Source: Leucoraja ocellata (lineage: Eukaryota). Taken from it: DNA of 64,000 nucleotides. Positions 36,101 through 48,135 of this stretch are shown here, piece after piece; the stretch's first letter is position 1; every line of letters begins with the position of its first letter. Location: assembly GCA_036785375.1 (NCBI GenBank), contig JAWMAR010000200.1, forward strand, positions 1,612,001-1,676,000, written 5' to 3'. The notes below the pieces were generated by a model that worked only from the letters and a program-made list of their open reading frames with translations, made no database searches and was not told the DNA's origin. The position numbers were made by a program, and so were the translations under genes.

Positions 36101-36465
36101 TTCTTGGTTCCTTGGTTTCTTGGTCCTCCAAAATATTCCAAATGGAATTTAAACTGGAGGTGGTGGAGGGAGGACTTAAGCCAGAAAGGGTTTTTGGGAA
36201 GAAAGAGCTACCTTAAATTTAGTTGCATCTGGTTGGGTAACTATGGTAGGGTGAAGATTATTCCATGCTATAATTGTGCGGGGGAAGAACGAATTGCTGT
36301 ACACATCTGTCTTGGTAGCTGGAATCTCAAATTGGATCAAATGCCCTCGTCTGCTCCTGATTGGTTTGGGTTTGGTGTAGGTTTTATAATTTATGTCGAG
36401 CTGACCATTTAAAAATTTGTAAAAACAGGTCAAACGGTGAGCTTCACGTCCGTCTTGGAGTAAAC
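36101..36465 (-). pseudogene. CR1/L2-group LINE 3' fragment of an atypical, invertebrate-like type
   Basis: RLTCFYKFLNG..RSRRGH..YSNSFFPRTIIAWNNL; 3' hairpin cctcca..tggagg and (accaagaa)n tail. Confidence 0.75.
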
Positions 36466-36748
36466 CATTTGGCTGCTCAACTATGTACAGCCTGCACATG
36501 GGATCAATCCATTTAGTTCCATAACACTGCACTCACCCCAATGCTCTGCGACTTCTTTCCTTTCATATCATTGTCCAGTTCCTCTTTGAATCTCCCTCCC
36601 GCAGTATAATTGGCAGTGGGATCAAAATCCCATGTAACAATGTAAAAATGTTTTTTTAGCACCAATTCAGCTTAGAGTTATGGAATCATACAGCGTGGAA
36701 ACAGACCCTTCGGCCCAACTTGCCCATACCGACCATCGACACTAGTTC

Positions 36749-37631
36749 GGTAGGCGGCGCGGCTCTGGCCAGCAGCGGCCTCTGCAGCCTGTCCGCGTTT
36801 TTATTATTTTTTGTCTGTGTTTCTGTGTAGTTTTTGTTATTTTATGTTGGGGTGTGTGTGTGGGGGGGTGGGGGTAGGGTGGGAGGGGGGGGGAAACTTT
36901 TTGAATCTCTCCCTGCACTGAGACCCGACCTTTTCTCGTCGGGTCTCAGTCGTCGCTGAGGCCGTAACGAGGAGCGGCCTCCAACAGGAAGAGACCGGGG
37001 ACTCAGGTGTCGACTCACCTCACCGTCGTGGAGCTGGCCAAGTCCGGAGCGGTGGAGGAGCGCTGCTGCTGCTGATGCTGTTGCTGCTGCTGATGCTGTT
37101 GCTGCTGCTGCTGCTGCTGCTGTCGGAGAGTCGGAGGCTCTCTACAGGTCTGTGGACGACGGCGCCGAGCCCACGGCTCCCTAGAGAGAGACCGCTTTTC
37201 GGGGCTTCTGCGGCGGCGACTTCTCCCGCCCGAGTTGCGGGGTCGAAGAGCTCCTGGAGCGGGGCCTAGCACCGCTGCCCCGCGCGGCTGGAATGGCCGC
37301 GGACTCTGCGAGCGCACACTGGGGGCACCAACACCAAGACCCGGTGTGCGACCTCGCACCACCTGGCGTGGCTTTAATGGCCGCGGGACAATCGCCATCG
37401 CCAGCCGGGGGCTATGACTTTGACTCTGACATCGGGGGGGGGGGAGAGTGCAGTGGAGAGATACGTTTATTTGGCCTCCATCACAGTTATGTGATGGATG
37501 TTTAAGTTAAATGTAATTATGTTGTGTCTGGGGTCTATTTGTGTGTTATGTATGGCTGCAGAAACGGCATTTCGTTTGGACCTCCAGGGGTCCAAATGAC
37601 AAATAAATTGATTCTGATTCTGATTCTGATT
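36749..37631 (+). mobile_element. Full-length-looking non-autonomous Rex1-tailed element (~880 bp) with CTG tract
   Basis: Head ggcggcgc, T-rich tract, G-run+GAAACTT, perfect 13-bp hairpin 36917-36950, tail atttcgtttggacc..ggtccaaatgacaaataaa(tgattc)n. Confidence 0.72.
37062..37122 (+). repeat. Interrupted (CTG)~20 trinucleotide tract
   Basis: gctgctgctgctgatgctgttgctg... Confidence 0.9.
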
Positions 37632-37969
37632 CCCACCTGCCCGCATTTGGCTCATATGCTTCTAAACCTTTCCTTTCCATCTACTTGTCCAAATGTCTTT
37701 TAAATGTTGGTTTACTTCCTGCCTCAACTACTTTATCTGGCAGCTCGTTCCTCCATATACTCACCACCATCTGTGTGAAAAAGTTGCCCCTCGGTTTCCT
37801 ATAACATTTTTCCCTTGCACCTTAAACCTCTGTCCTCTGGTTCTTGGCAAGAAACCATTCACTTTCATTTGATTAGTACATCAAAAAAAGAATAATATGT
37901 TGTTCAATAATTAGTATTGAAATTGATCGCATTGTTCAATATTCAGTATTCAAGAGAGAGATATATAAC

Positions 37970-38315
37970 TCGCAGGGCTAATGGAATCAAGAGATATGGT
38001 GAGAAAGCAGGAAACGGGGTACTGATTTTGGATGTACACAAAAAAGCTGGAGAAACTCAGCGGGTGCAGCAGCATCTATGGAGCGAAGAAAATAGGCAAC
38101 GTTTCGGCCCGAAACGTTGCCTATTTCCTTCGCTCCATAGATGCTGCTGCACCCGCTGAGTTTCTCCAGCTTTTTTGTGTACCTTCGATTCTCCAGCATC
38201 TGCAATTCCTTCTTAAATACTGATTTTGGATGATTAGTCACCATCATATTGAATGGGGGTGCTGGCTTGAAGGGCCGAATGTCCTACTCCTGCACCTATT
38301 TTCTATGTTTCTATT
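37970..38315 (+). mobile_element. CR1-type 3' tail split by a palindromic insertion
   Basis: GIKRYGEKAG..tactgattttggatg|..atcatattgaatgg..ttctatgtttctat. Confidence 0.8.
38035..38217. mobile_element. Palindromic Penelope-derived element with 15-bp TSD
   Basis: ~74-bp arms (38034-38182, one mismatch); TACTGATTTTGGATG at 38020-38034 and 38218-38232. Confidence 0.88.
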
Positions 38316-38764
38316 TCAATGGTATTCTTTGGGATGCCTGGGGGACATTTGCAAGTGCAAGTGTATGGTTTTTGCTACGTTGTTTCCCGTTACTCCAAAC
38401 CCATCGCAAACTCGGGCTTAATATTTTCCAAATAAAAACAGCTTCAGCATAATATACATTCAAATTTAAATGTTATTATTGACTGTCATTAAATTAATGA
38501 ACTCTGTAATAACTAAATATTGTAATCCCATTAAGTGTTGATGTCTTTAGATCACAGTTGACTTGTAATGGTCCCCTATAATGCTTCTGTTTTATGTGTT
38601 TGCACGTTCCTTCAATATAACAGCGGGAAAATAGATTACAAAAACAAAATCTAAAATACAGGTCTTTGTGATGCAGCTTTTATTTGTTCATAAATGTTTT
38701 TATGAAGTTTTCTATTATAAGAGATTATCCTGTACTAATATTCCAAGGGAGTTTGAGATCAAGA

Positions 38765-39255
38765 TGGAAGTGATGTTAGGTCTATTGAAGTGTTAAAGTA
38801 AATAAATCCTCGAATCCTCTTGTGATCTAATTCAGGTTATTGAGAGAGGCAAGGGAGGAGATTGCTGAGGCTTGCAGGAGGATCCTATCAAGCTCCAGGT
38901 GAGATCGCAAAGAATTGTAGAGTAGCCAATTTTGTTCCTTTGTTTAAGAAAGGAAAGGGGTATAAACTAGGAAATTATGGACTTTAAATTATAGGGCCTT
39001 GCATCAATGCTGGGAATATATTGGAGAGGATTCTGAGGATAGGATTTACTTACACTTTGGGAGGTCAAATGTAACACCTCACAATTGATTGGATTAAATG
39101 TGATTTTTCATTTCTCCACCCATATCTATAACAAACCTAATTCTGCTGTATCTTTTGGTAGCCTTCCTCATTGTCCGCAACGCACCAGTTTTGGCATTGT
39201 CTGCAAAAGTACTAACCAACCCACCTACAATTACAACAAACGTATATATATATTT

Positions 39256-39293
<38 letters not shown>

Positions 39294-39550
39294 CAAAAAC
39301 AACAGAGGTCCCAGCACAGATCTTTGTGGAATGCCACTGGTCACAGACCTCCAGGCAGAATAGCACCTTTTCACTAGTACGCTCTGTCTTCTATGGGTAA
39401 GGCAGTTCTGAATCCAAACTATCAAATCACCATGGATCCAATCCCATGTTACTGATGTTTAAGGGGCGTGTGAATTTGAAGGATTAACCATCATATTCGG
39501 CAGAGCCATCATAGGCTGAAGGGCCTGTTCCTGTGCTACACTGTTCTATG
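38765..39550. pseudogene. CR1-type LINE with an inverted internal RT segment and a (TA)n expansion
   Basis: Plus strand REAREEIAE..VPLFKKG..GNY (to ~39057); minus strand WIQNCL..GIPQRSVLGPLLF..FADN (39060-39437); plus-strand 3' tail ~39490-39550. Confidence 0.78.
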
Positions 39551-40317
39551 TTTAAGACCACTGTGGATTTTATTTTAAATTTGAGGTTTATTTTTGGTCT
39601 TTTCATGCCATTGTATCTGGTCACAAATTTATTTTTACAGGATATTTCAAAATTGTTGTTATTACACTTGAACCAAAGAATGGTACCAATAGCATCAGCG
39701 AATAAAATTCTATTGTGTATGAAATGAATGATAAAATAACTTTTACATTGATTGTTGTTTTGAAGACATGAAGAATATTTGATTGGGAAATGCTGACTCT
39801 TTACATTTATGTCATTTAATTTAAGAAGTCATAGAAGAAGCAACAAAATAGCATTCATGAGTGAATGTTCAAAAATATAAGTTGCATACTTTAATGTGGT
39901 AATATAAGTTTACATTAGAGAAAGCAACAGTAATTTAGCTGCGGATGTGATATTTGTCTTCGGGCATTTAGTTCGTTTGAAAAGCATGTATGTGGTGTGC
40001 TATTGTCATCATCATCTGATATATTGTCACAATGAAGATGGATGAAGAATAATTTAATGAAAATGGTTTGTCTACTTTGAAACTCATTTCTATGAATAGG
40101 ACGTTAATGGTCAAACTATGGAATGCATTTCTGATAACCCTTCTGAGCAAACTGCATAAATATAACATTTAAATGTGAAAGCAGGCCCAGGTTTTTTAAG
40201 GTTTGAGATTTCTCTCCATGTCATTTGCAAATTCACTGCAAACAATTACATTTTCCAAAAGTAACCTTCCCAGAAATGACAGAATGGACGCAGACTTGCA
40301 AATTTCCATCATTGAGC

Positions 40318-40619
40318 TTAGTTTAGGGATACAGTGCGGAAAACAGGCCCTTTCGGCCCACCGAGTCTGCGCCGACCAGCGATCCCCGCACATTAATACT
40401 ATCCTACACCCACTAGGGGTAATTTTTACATTTAACAAGCCAATTAACCTACATACCTGTACGCATTTGGAGTGTGGGAGGAAACCAAAGGTCTCGGAAA
40501 AAACCCATGCAGGTCACGTACAAACTCAGTACAGACAGCACCCGTAGTCGGGATCGAACCCGGGTCTCCAGTGCTGCATTCGCTGTAAGGCAGCAACTCT
40601 ATCGCTGCACCACTGTGCC
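40318..40619 (-). mobile_element. V-SINE (HE1-like), near full length
   Basis: Head cggcacagtggtgcagcgatagagttgctgccttacagc, B box gggttcgatcc, tail (ctaaa)n. Confidence 0.88.
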
Positions 40620-41189
40620 GAGCTCTATGAATATTTTAGCTTGATAAAGCACTGCATCGTGCTGCCAGTCCCTGGGACTTTCCGCTGTTGCAGACATTTC
40701 ATCAGTTTCACCACTTTGATCATTACATTATCATTGCCTCAAACTCTGCTTCTCAAACTTCTGAAGGAAGTTACTTGTACATCTAAGTGCATGAAAGCAA
40801 ATCTTTAGCACATTCCAAAAATGCCTCGTCTATTTTGAGGTATATTGTCAATTTGGTTCAACCTAATATCAGATTGTATAATCATTCCAATGCTAAAAGC
40901 TATCCTTGAATTTTCCTCGCCGGCTTGTTTGAAGACTCTTGATCTCATAAAAGCATTTTGAAAGGTATATATTGTTACATAACTTGACTTTAACTTACTG
41001 GGTATAATTAGACAGGTGCAGTCAAGTAAGTGACTACCATTAAGCAAACAATGCAAGTTCAGAAATGTCTTATTTTATACGTGAAATAAATTAATAGAAA
41101 ATGCAAAATTATTTTAATATGAATTGTTTGCATAGTCACATACATGAATATGCTGCCCTCCTCCCCCTCCCACTCACCGTGGGACATCT

Positions 41190-41352
41190 TCTGCTGCCAT
41201 GATATTCTCCTTGATCAATAGTGCAACTCCCCCTCTTACCCCCTCCTCTGTCATGCCAGTAACATTGGAACGCCTGAAACTTGAGCTGCCAGTCCTGCCC
41301 ATCCCTTAACCATGTTTCTGTAATAGCTATAAAATTACAATCCCATTTGCCC
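41190..41352 (-). pseudogene. CR1-type APE endonuclease N-terminal fragment
   Basis: WDCNFIAITETWLRDGQDWQL..DRGGGKRG. Confidence 0.75.
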
Positions 41353-41975
41353 ATGTTTTCAGTTATTCTTGACATGGATTTTAAATTTTACATAAAATGA
41401 AAGTGCCAAGCCCTAACCTTTTCTAATGATTTCAGTGGTTAATTATCGCATAAATACACTGCTGAGCACCACTGGCATGTCAATGTAAAGGTGCGAATGG
41501 AAGACAGCCAAAATAATTTGGGTTGTCGTCCTAATTTGTGCTTTTAAGTGTATCTCTGCAGCTACCAAAAATCATAGGTCATTTTATTCTTTCATGATGA
41601 CTGCTTATGACATCATGATTCTCTGCTTTGTAAAACCTGGACTCGTAGAATCACACTTAAAATAATCATTCACTGTATAACCATGCAGGCAGCTCAATTT
41701 TAATAGTCTCCCTATTATTTAGATATTGTTACATGCATTTTCCCCCGAAAATTGCCTGATAGCTTCAGCTGAAATCGGTTCAATTGAAAGGTATTTTATG
41801 TTTCTGCAGACTCCAAACTAAAATAACATGCCATTATGGGTCATTTCATTGAGGTCTGAGACAGTTCCAGAACTTGAATCACATGAGAAAATAGACATTA
41901 TGATTATTACACAAATAGCAGATAACTAAAATGAATTTCTGGGTGGAAATTGAAAGCAGGGTGTGGTGAAGATTA

Positions 41976-42565
41976 GAGACACAAGGAACGACAGATGCTT
42001 GAATCTTGAGCAAAACACGAAGGGCTTGAGGTACTCAGTGGATCGGGCGAGGGAAATGAGCAGATGACATTTTGGGTCCCGACCGGAAACATTGGATGGC
42101 ACAGTGGCGCAGCGATAGAGTTGCTGCCTTACAGTGCTTGCAGCACCGGAGACCCGGGTTCGATCCCAACCACGGGTGCTGTCTGTACGGAGTTTGTACG
42201 TTCTCCCCGTGACCTGCGTGGGTTTTCTCCGAGATCTTTGGTTTCCAACCACACTCCAAAGACGTACAGGCATGTAGGTACAATTGGCTTGGTGCAAGTG
42301 CAAAGTGTCCCTAGTATGATCATATTAAATGGCGGTGCAGGCTCGAAGGGCCGAATGGCCTACTCCTGCACCTAATTTCTATGTTTCTATGTTTCTATGT
42401 ATGTGTAGAATAGTGTTAAAGTGTGGGGATCGCTGGGCGTTGCCGACCTGGTGGGCCGCAGGGCCTGTTTCCGCGCTGTATCTCTAAAACTAAAACTAAA
42501 ATTGTTAATATTTTCACTTCAGATGCTACCTGACCTGCTGAGATCCTCTCGTACTTTGTTTTTTT
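41976..42565. mobile_element. Penelope-derived inverted pair hosting a V-SINE
   Basis: Minus unit 41976-42085; plus-unit remnant 42515-42565. Confidence 0.6.
42097..42500 (+). mobile_element. V-SINE (HE1-like) containing a CR1 3'-tail insertion at ~42318-42400
   Basis: tggcacagtggcgcagcgatagag (A box), gggttcgatcc (B box), core; (ctatgttt)n CR1 tail inside. Confidence 0.88.
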
Positions 42566-44559
42566 GATGGTATTATTGTTGTTTGATATCTCACCTCTCT
42601 TCTCCCAGAGTTATGAATTTGCTCATTATCTAGATGAAGCATCGGCCTCTTTTCACTAAGACGACTTAAGTTCAGTCTAAAATATCTGCCACAAAATTAC
42701 TTGTTGCAGTAAAGTGGGTATAAATGGATGTTATTTGACTGTGGTTTGCACTGTCTCATCAGTACTGGGGGGGTGGGGTGTTTGTCTGACCCAGATAGCT
42801 TTGCTTATTTCAAACCTTCCCTTTGAAAGCTGATAACTGCATTGTATTTAAAGAGATTGTTTTGATCTTGACTGCTCCACCAACGTAGCTGAACAATATT
42901 ATCACAACATTGGTTTTAGTTTGAAATGAGCAAAAAATATATATTTTTAAGGGTTTGCCTTTTTGTTTTTTCTTCTGTCAAGGTATTTAAACTTTCCTTT
43001 TTGTAGCCGGGACAGTTGAATTTTTCCCTGGTCTTCAGGTTTCAGCTATTGCGGGATTCACTGTCCATGAGCAGAATAGACATCATGTTTTCTTTATTTC
43101 CAGTTGAAAAGTTGTTTTTCTGCAAAGAACCCTAGGCAGCACTTCAAATGATACCCATCAAAAGTCTTCATTTAATAGTGTTAGTGTTCAGGGATTTCAA
43201 CCAAAGACCATTGTAATATGAAGCAATTATTGACCTCATTTTTACCAGAACATCCACTTGTCTGCATTTCGCATTATTATAATTAAAATATTATATGTTG
43301 ATCATAAGAGGGACGAGATTGGGAAGAGGATTAGCACAGAGCCAGTTGATTCTGATCAAACAAATTAATGGCAGAGTTCACAGCATTATATCTAACTATG
43401 CTCTTCAAAGTGACTGCTTTAAATTGGCTCACAGACCCATCAAATATTCCACTTTTCTTCCCTCTTCATGTATACACTCTTCGGATTGGGATCCCTCTGG
43501 CTAATGCCAGATGTCCTTAATGGAGCCACTGGCATGTAAGCAGCAGCAAACCTGTCAACCACAAAAGTCCTGACCTACTTACTGACTGAACCAGAATCCA
43601 AACCTGTCCCTTGCTCCATCACTGGACTCTATTAAGTATTTAAGGGACATGAGGAAAGTGCTGGGAAATGGCACTGAGGTAGTACAGGCCTCCAGGGTAG
43701 AGAATTCAATATCTTCACTGTGATCTCAACTTTGATCTTGATAGATTGTGTACCAATCTCAATGGACTGGAAGCCTACACGTTCCTATTTCACATTTTCT
43801 TCTGAATCAGGCGCTGCTTTGCCTAAATCACAAGAGCCATTATAACCATTGTTTGTACAATGCTCAAACAACCTGAAGGAAACGTGAAAAGTACATTTTT
43901 TTCCAATCTATTACTTCTATTATCCAATCTCTGGCCCTTCTAATAAAATAATTAATGTTTAGTATCCATTTTTGTCAATGGAGGTATATAACAGGATCAT
44001 TAAAAAGCAGTGAAGGATTAACCTGATCCTTCTGCAGCTTGTCCAGAATTCCTTTTGTCTCTGGTGTTTGAACTAGAGTTTAGATTTGACTAAAAATATT
44101 CTTTTTGGAATGACAGATGCAGAGCTGTGGATGAAAATGGGATGCTACAGGGAAATGTAACTGACATTACAGCAGGATGCATGAAGAAATTCTGACCTAT
44201 TTGAACCTTGATGGTGTATTACCAGTTTTATTCATACAAAGACAATTGCATAAAAGAATTGAGTCATCCATCTTGCAACTCATTTATACCAGTATGAGTT
44301 TTTTTCTATAATAGCTTGCTCCATAACAAAAATGTTTATTTTATTGTATGCAGTGGCAGAAAATAAACAAAATGATAAGAAACTAAGCACTAAAATTTAA
44401 TGCGCACCACTATAAAATGTGTCGTATGATAATGGTGTTTGTCATTGGTGACTACGTGATCTCTGCCTGAATACACACCTGAATCTGAGAGCTGAACCTG
44501 CAATCATAAATTTAGAGTCATAGGGTCATACAGCGCGGAAGCTGGCCCTTCGGCCCAAT

Positions 44560-45362
44560 TTGTTTGTTTTTCAATCTTTTTTAAATTTTTTGTCAGTTTT
44601 AAAGTTTGTGTTGGAGGTTTCTTTCGTTTTTCTATGTGGGGAGGGGGGTAGGGTAAGGGGGAAACCTTTTCCCAGTAACTTCCTGGCGAGGACGCGGCTA
44701 TTCTCCGAGTCGTGTCCTCGCCCCCCCCTCGCGGCCTACCACCTGGATTGGTGCGGCCTTTCCTGCCGAGGACAGGACCAGAGCTTCAGCAGCTGCGGCG
44801 CAGTGCAGGATACATCGCGGAGCTGGCTATGCCTCACCTGGGGTCACCGTTTTGGAGCTCTGGAGTGCTGGGCCGCTGCTCCAACATTGCAGAGCTGTGG
44901 TTTACAAAGCTTTCAGCGCGGCTGATGCTGACTTCAGCATCGCGGAGTCCTGGGGCCCTTTGCCGAGGGCCGCCAGCGTTCAATCTCCGTCCAGCGCGGC
45001 CTGTGGACTTTGGGAGCCGCGGATTTCAGTAGGAGGTGGCCGACTCGGATGTCCAGGCTGCTGAAGACGTCCTCCAGTCCCGACGTCGGACTTTCCATCA
45101 CCCCAACGAGCGGGCCTGAACATCGGGCCGCCCGTAGTGGCCACATCGGGGGTTCGGGAACCCTCCAACCACGGGAGGACAGCAGAGGATGACTGAATGT
45201 TGGAGCCTTCCTTCACAGTGCGAAAACTTTGATCCCGCTGTGTGGGGATGTTTGTGTTAAGACTTTGTGTTATGTGCTCTTTATTATACGTATGGCTGTA
45301 GGGCGACCACACATTTCACTGTACCAATTGGTACATGCGACAAATAAATGTATCTTGTATCT
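44560..45362 (+). mobile_element. Non-autonomous GC-rich Rex1-tailed element inside a CR1 3' tail
   Basis: T-rich tract, G-run+GAAACCTT, 15-bp hairpin 44685-44722, tail atttcactgtaccaattggtacatgcgacaaataaa(tgtatc)n. Confidence 0.7.
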
Positions 45363-45767
45363 TATACTGTCCAAATGTCTTTTAAATGGTGTTACAATAT
45401 CAACTAAGCCCGTCTATCTGCTGGCAGAGGTTTCTTTCTCTCTCTCCCTCTCTCCTTTCAGTTTTAAGGGCAGTGAGCTTCTACTTGAAGTGGACGACTG
45501 GCTGATGGAGAAAATGGCATCGCTGAGGCCAGCTGATCACTGGCTCCCCCTAGATCACAGTATGTGATAATTAGATTAAACTGTGGAGATGTGCCAAAAT
45601 GTCTTTGTGATATATTTGTTTTTAACAAATAACTGGGCATTAATGCCAGAGCAAACCAATAGCTCACCTATCTATAGATACGTCTGTGACAAAAGTAAGT
45701 GCCATTTGTACTTACAAACAAGTATCCATTGTTGAACCTTAGAGTGTCTACTATACATCTAGATTGT

Positions 45768-45852
45768 GGATGATCAGCCATAATCACATTGAATGGCGGG
45801 TGATGGCTCAAAGGGCCGAATGGCCTACTCCTGCACCTATTGTCTATTGTCT
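45768..45852 (+). mobile_element. CR1-type 3' tail
   Basis: gatgatcagccat...ctcctgcacctattgtctattgtct. Confidence 0.8.
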
Positions 45853-46930
45853 AGATCAGCTAAATGAAGAGCTACATTTGGCTTCCTGCACATACGTGAA
45901 TGTTCATTTTCAGCTTAGCAAATAGCAAGATGAGACGTAAACAACCGCAGGAGATGCAAAGTAGTTGACTTTGATTATTTGAGGAGACTGGTAAAAGATG
46001 GTAAATGTATTGAATTTTATCTGGTTAAATGTTGTTGAATTTGCCTGGCGATTTGAGCTTAAACAATGATCTGAAAGTATTTTTTTCCTCTATTGAAGTT
46101 GAAGCCGATATGTTCTGAATGAAGAAACGGAGTACAGGAATAAAGAATAATCTTGACTTCACCTTGCCAAACTGGGATCAATTCCATCTGCCCAATGGTA
46201 TTTTTTCTCATTGTCAGTCAAAGTTAATATTGGGTGGTTATGAGCCCCATTGTCATTGATTACAATCATCTCTGTGCAATCCCAGGTCCTTGATTTTGTT
46301 TCTTATGGTTTTGGAATTTGTTTTTAAATGATTGCAACTTCTGCACATGCAACTGATCGATGATTCTGAAGATATGGAAAATATTTGGCTGTCAGAACTC
46401 ACAAAATGATTGCATAATCATGTTAGATGCATATCATCAATCTATGGGCCACAAAACACACTTTTGCAGCGAACATATTAGTAGATTCAATCCAAACCAT
46501 ATAATTACATTTCCTCCTATGTGGCAGGAGTGAAGATATTTTAATTTCATGTCCTCCCAATGGGTAGAAAAAAGCATACTGGAAAAAGTGAATTTGGCAA
46601 ATCAAAAGGTAGCACATTTATTACATTTTGTTAAAGAAACGATCTCATAATATTCTAGAATTGGCACAAGCTGAATGAATGATTTCTTCTAACTTGAGAA
46701 TACTGTGCTTCAGTACAGCATTTTTAAGCAGTGGCCAGAAACTGTGACCTAGCTTTCATTACAATGGGCTTGCTGCCTAAACAAATCTGGAAGGGCAAAT
46801 CTTTTACTGAGGTAAGTGGTCTTGGAATCAAGTGACAGGGCCCTAACAATTGGCAGGGTCTCAAACGAAGAAGTGGAATCACAGGAGACACAAGGAATTG
46901 CAGATGTTTGTATCTCGTGTAGAATACAAA

Positions 46931-47157
46931 ATCTGTGGAATTCTCTGCTACAGAAGGTAGTTGAGGCCAGTTCATTGGCTATATTTAAGAGGGAGTTAGA
47001 TGTGGCCCTTGTGGCTAAAGGGATCAGGGGGTATGGAGAGAAGGCAGGTATAGGATACTGAGTTAGATGATCAGCCATGATCATATTGAATGGCAGTGCA
47101 GGCTCGAAGGGCCGAATGGCCTACTCCTGCACCTATTTTCTATGCTTCTATGTTTCT
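46931..47157 (+). mobile_element. CR1-type 3' end inserted in a Penelope-derived repeat (46884-47210)
   Basis: NLWNSLLQKVVEASSLAIFKRELDVAL..GIRGYGEKAG; host acaaaa|atgttggtgtaactcaac. Confidence 0.85.
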
Positions 47158-47719
47158 AAAATGTTGGTGTAACTCAACGGATCAGGCAGCATCTCTGGAG
47201 GACATGGATTCATCAACAAGACCCAGCACCATTTAGGTCTCCAAGACCAGTCCAAGGCGAGGTGCATCAATGAAATAGTCAAACAATTTGGCCAAGGGAA
47301 TTGGGTTTACACATCCATGAATTAATCCTGAAATTTAGCATAGGAATTGCCATCTGTCCTGGGCTAAATTATTGGCATAAACCAGTAAAAACCAATAAAA
47401 CTCTAATGAACTACCAGGGCATAATGAACAATTATAATGCACTTATCAGATGTTAACGAGCAACAGTAAAAATGTTGACACAAGGAACTGCAGATGCTGG
47501 AATCTTCAGCAAAACACACAGATCTGGGGGTCAGGCAGCATCTGTGAAGAGAATGAACGGGCAACGATTCAGCCCAGGACCCAACTCAACTCATTGTGGC
47601 CCTAGCAATTTATCTGTTTTCTATGACCCTTCTTCAGATAGTATATATTGGGTTTTTTTGCTACATAGTTTTTTTTAACTCCAATGGCAGTGTGTCGTAA
47701 TGCCAGCTGCCATTCAACA

Positions 47720-48135
47720 GGTTAGAGCTCCTTCCTTCGGAGGCTGATGGTTGATATACGTTCCATTCCAGTTAGCAGCTTTCTAGTGCAATTCTGAGAA
47801 GATATTAGTGCTGCAGGTGCTGTCTGAGGTGAAATATTAAACCAAGACAACATATGCTCGCTCAGGTGTACATATCCGATTCCACAACACTGTTTGAACG
47901 AAGAGTAGGGAAGTTATTGTATGTGAATTGGTAAATATTGATCTTGCAATTATCTTTAGTAAAGCATATCATCTTGTCATTATAATCTTGCTGTTTGTGA
48001 GAACTAGCTGTGCCACAAATTGACTGCCATATTTCCTGCATTACAGCTGTGACTGCATCTCGGAAAATAATTCACTGGCAATGCCAGCAAAGTGCTGTGA
48101 GATACACTCAAATAACATAAATGCGTCTTCCTTTC
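47720..48135 (+). mobile_element. Deu-domain SINE (SacSINE1/AmnSINE1-like)
   Basis: ttaaaccaag..ctcaggtg..gaagagtagggaagtt..ttgctgtttgtg..aaattgactgcc..tttcctgcattaca..ataaatgc follow the Deu-domain consensus order. Confidence 0.7.

Larger units (their letters stand above)
36675..37850 (-). mobile_element. CR1-type 3' end split by the insertion at 36749-37631
   Basis: Host gacactagtt|cccacctgccc is contiguous in the copy at ~19032; downstream RTRGQRFKVQG..FFTQMVV. Confidence 0.75.

Noticed and set aside
37015-37398. Poly-glutamine ORF
   Set aside because: It is the antisense reading of the CTG tract inside a Rex1-tailed element
36749-37450. CpG-island-like patches (also 4590-4880, 21780-23700, 28790-29120, 44680-45180, 53350-53640)
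   Set aside because: All coincide with young repeats; there is no independent evidence of a host promoter
42097-42170. Possible tRNA gene
   Set aside because: A/B boxes continue directly into the V-SINE body and tail, so it is a SINE head, not a tRNA
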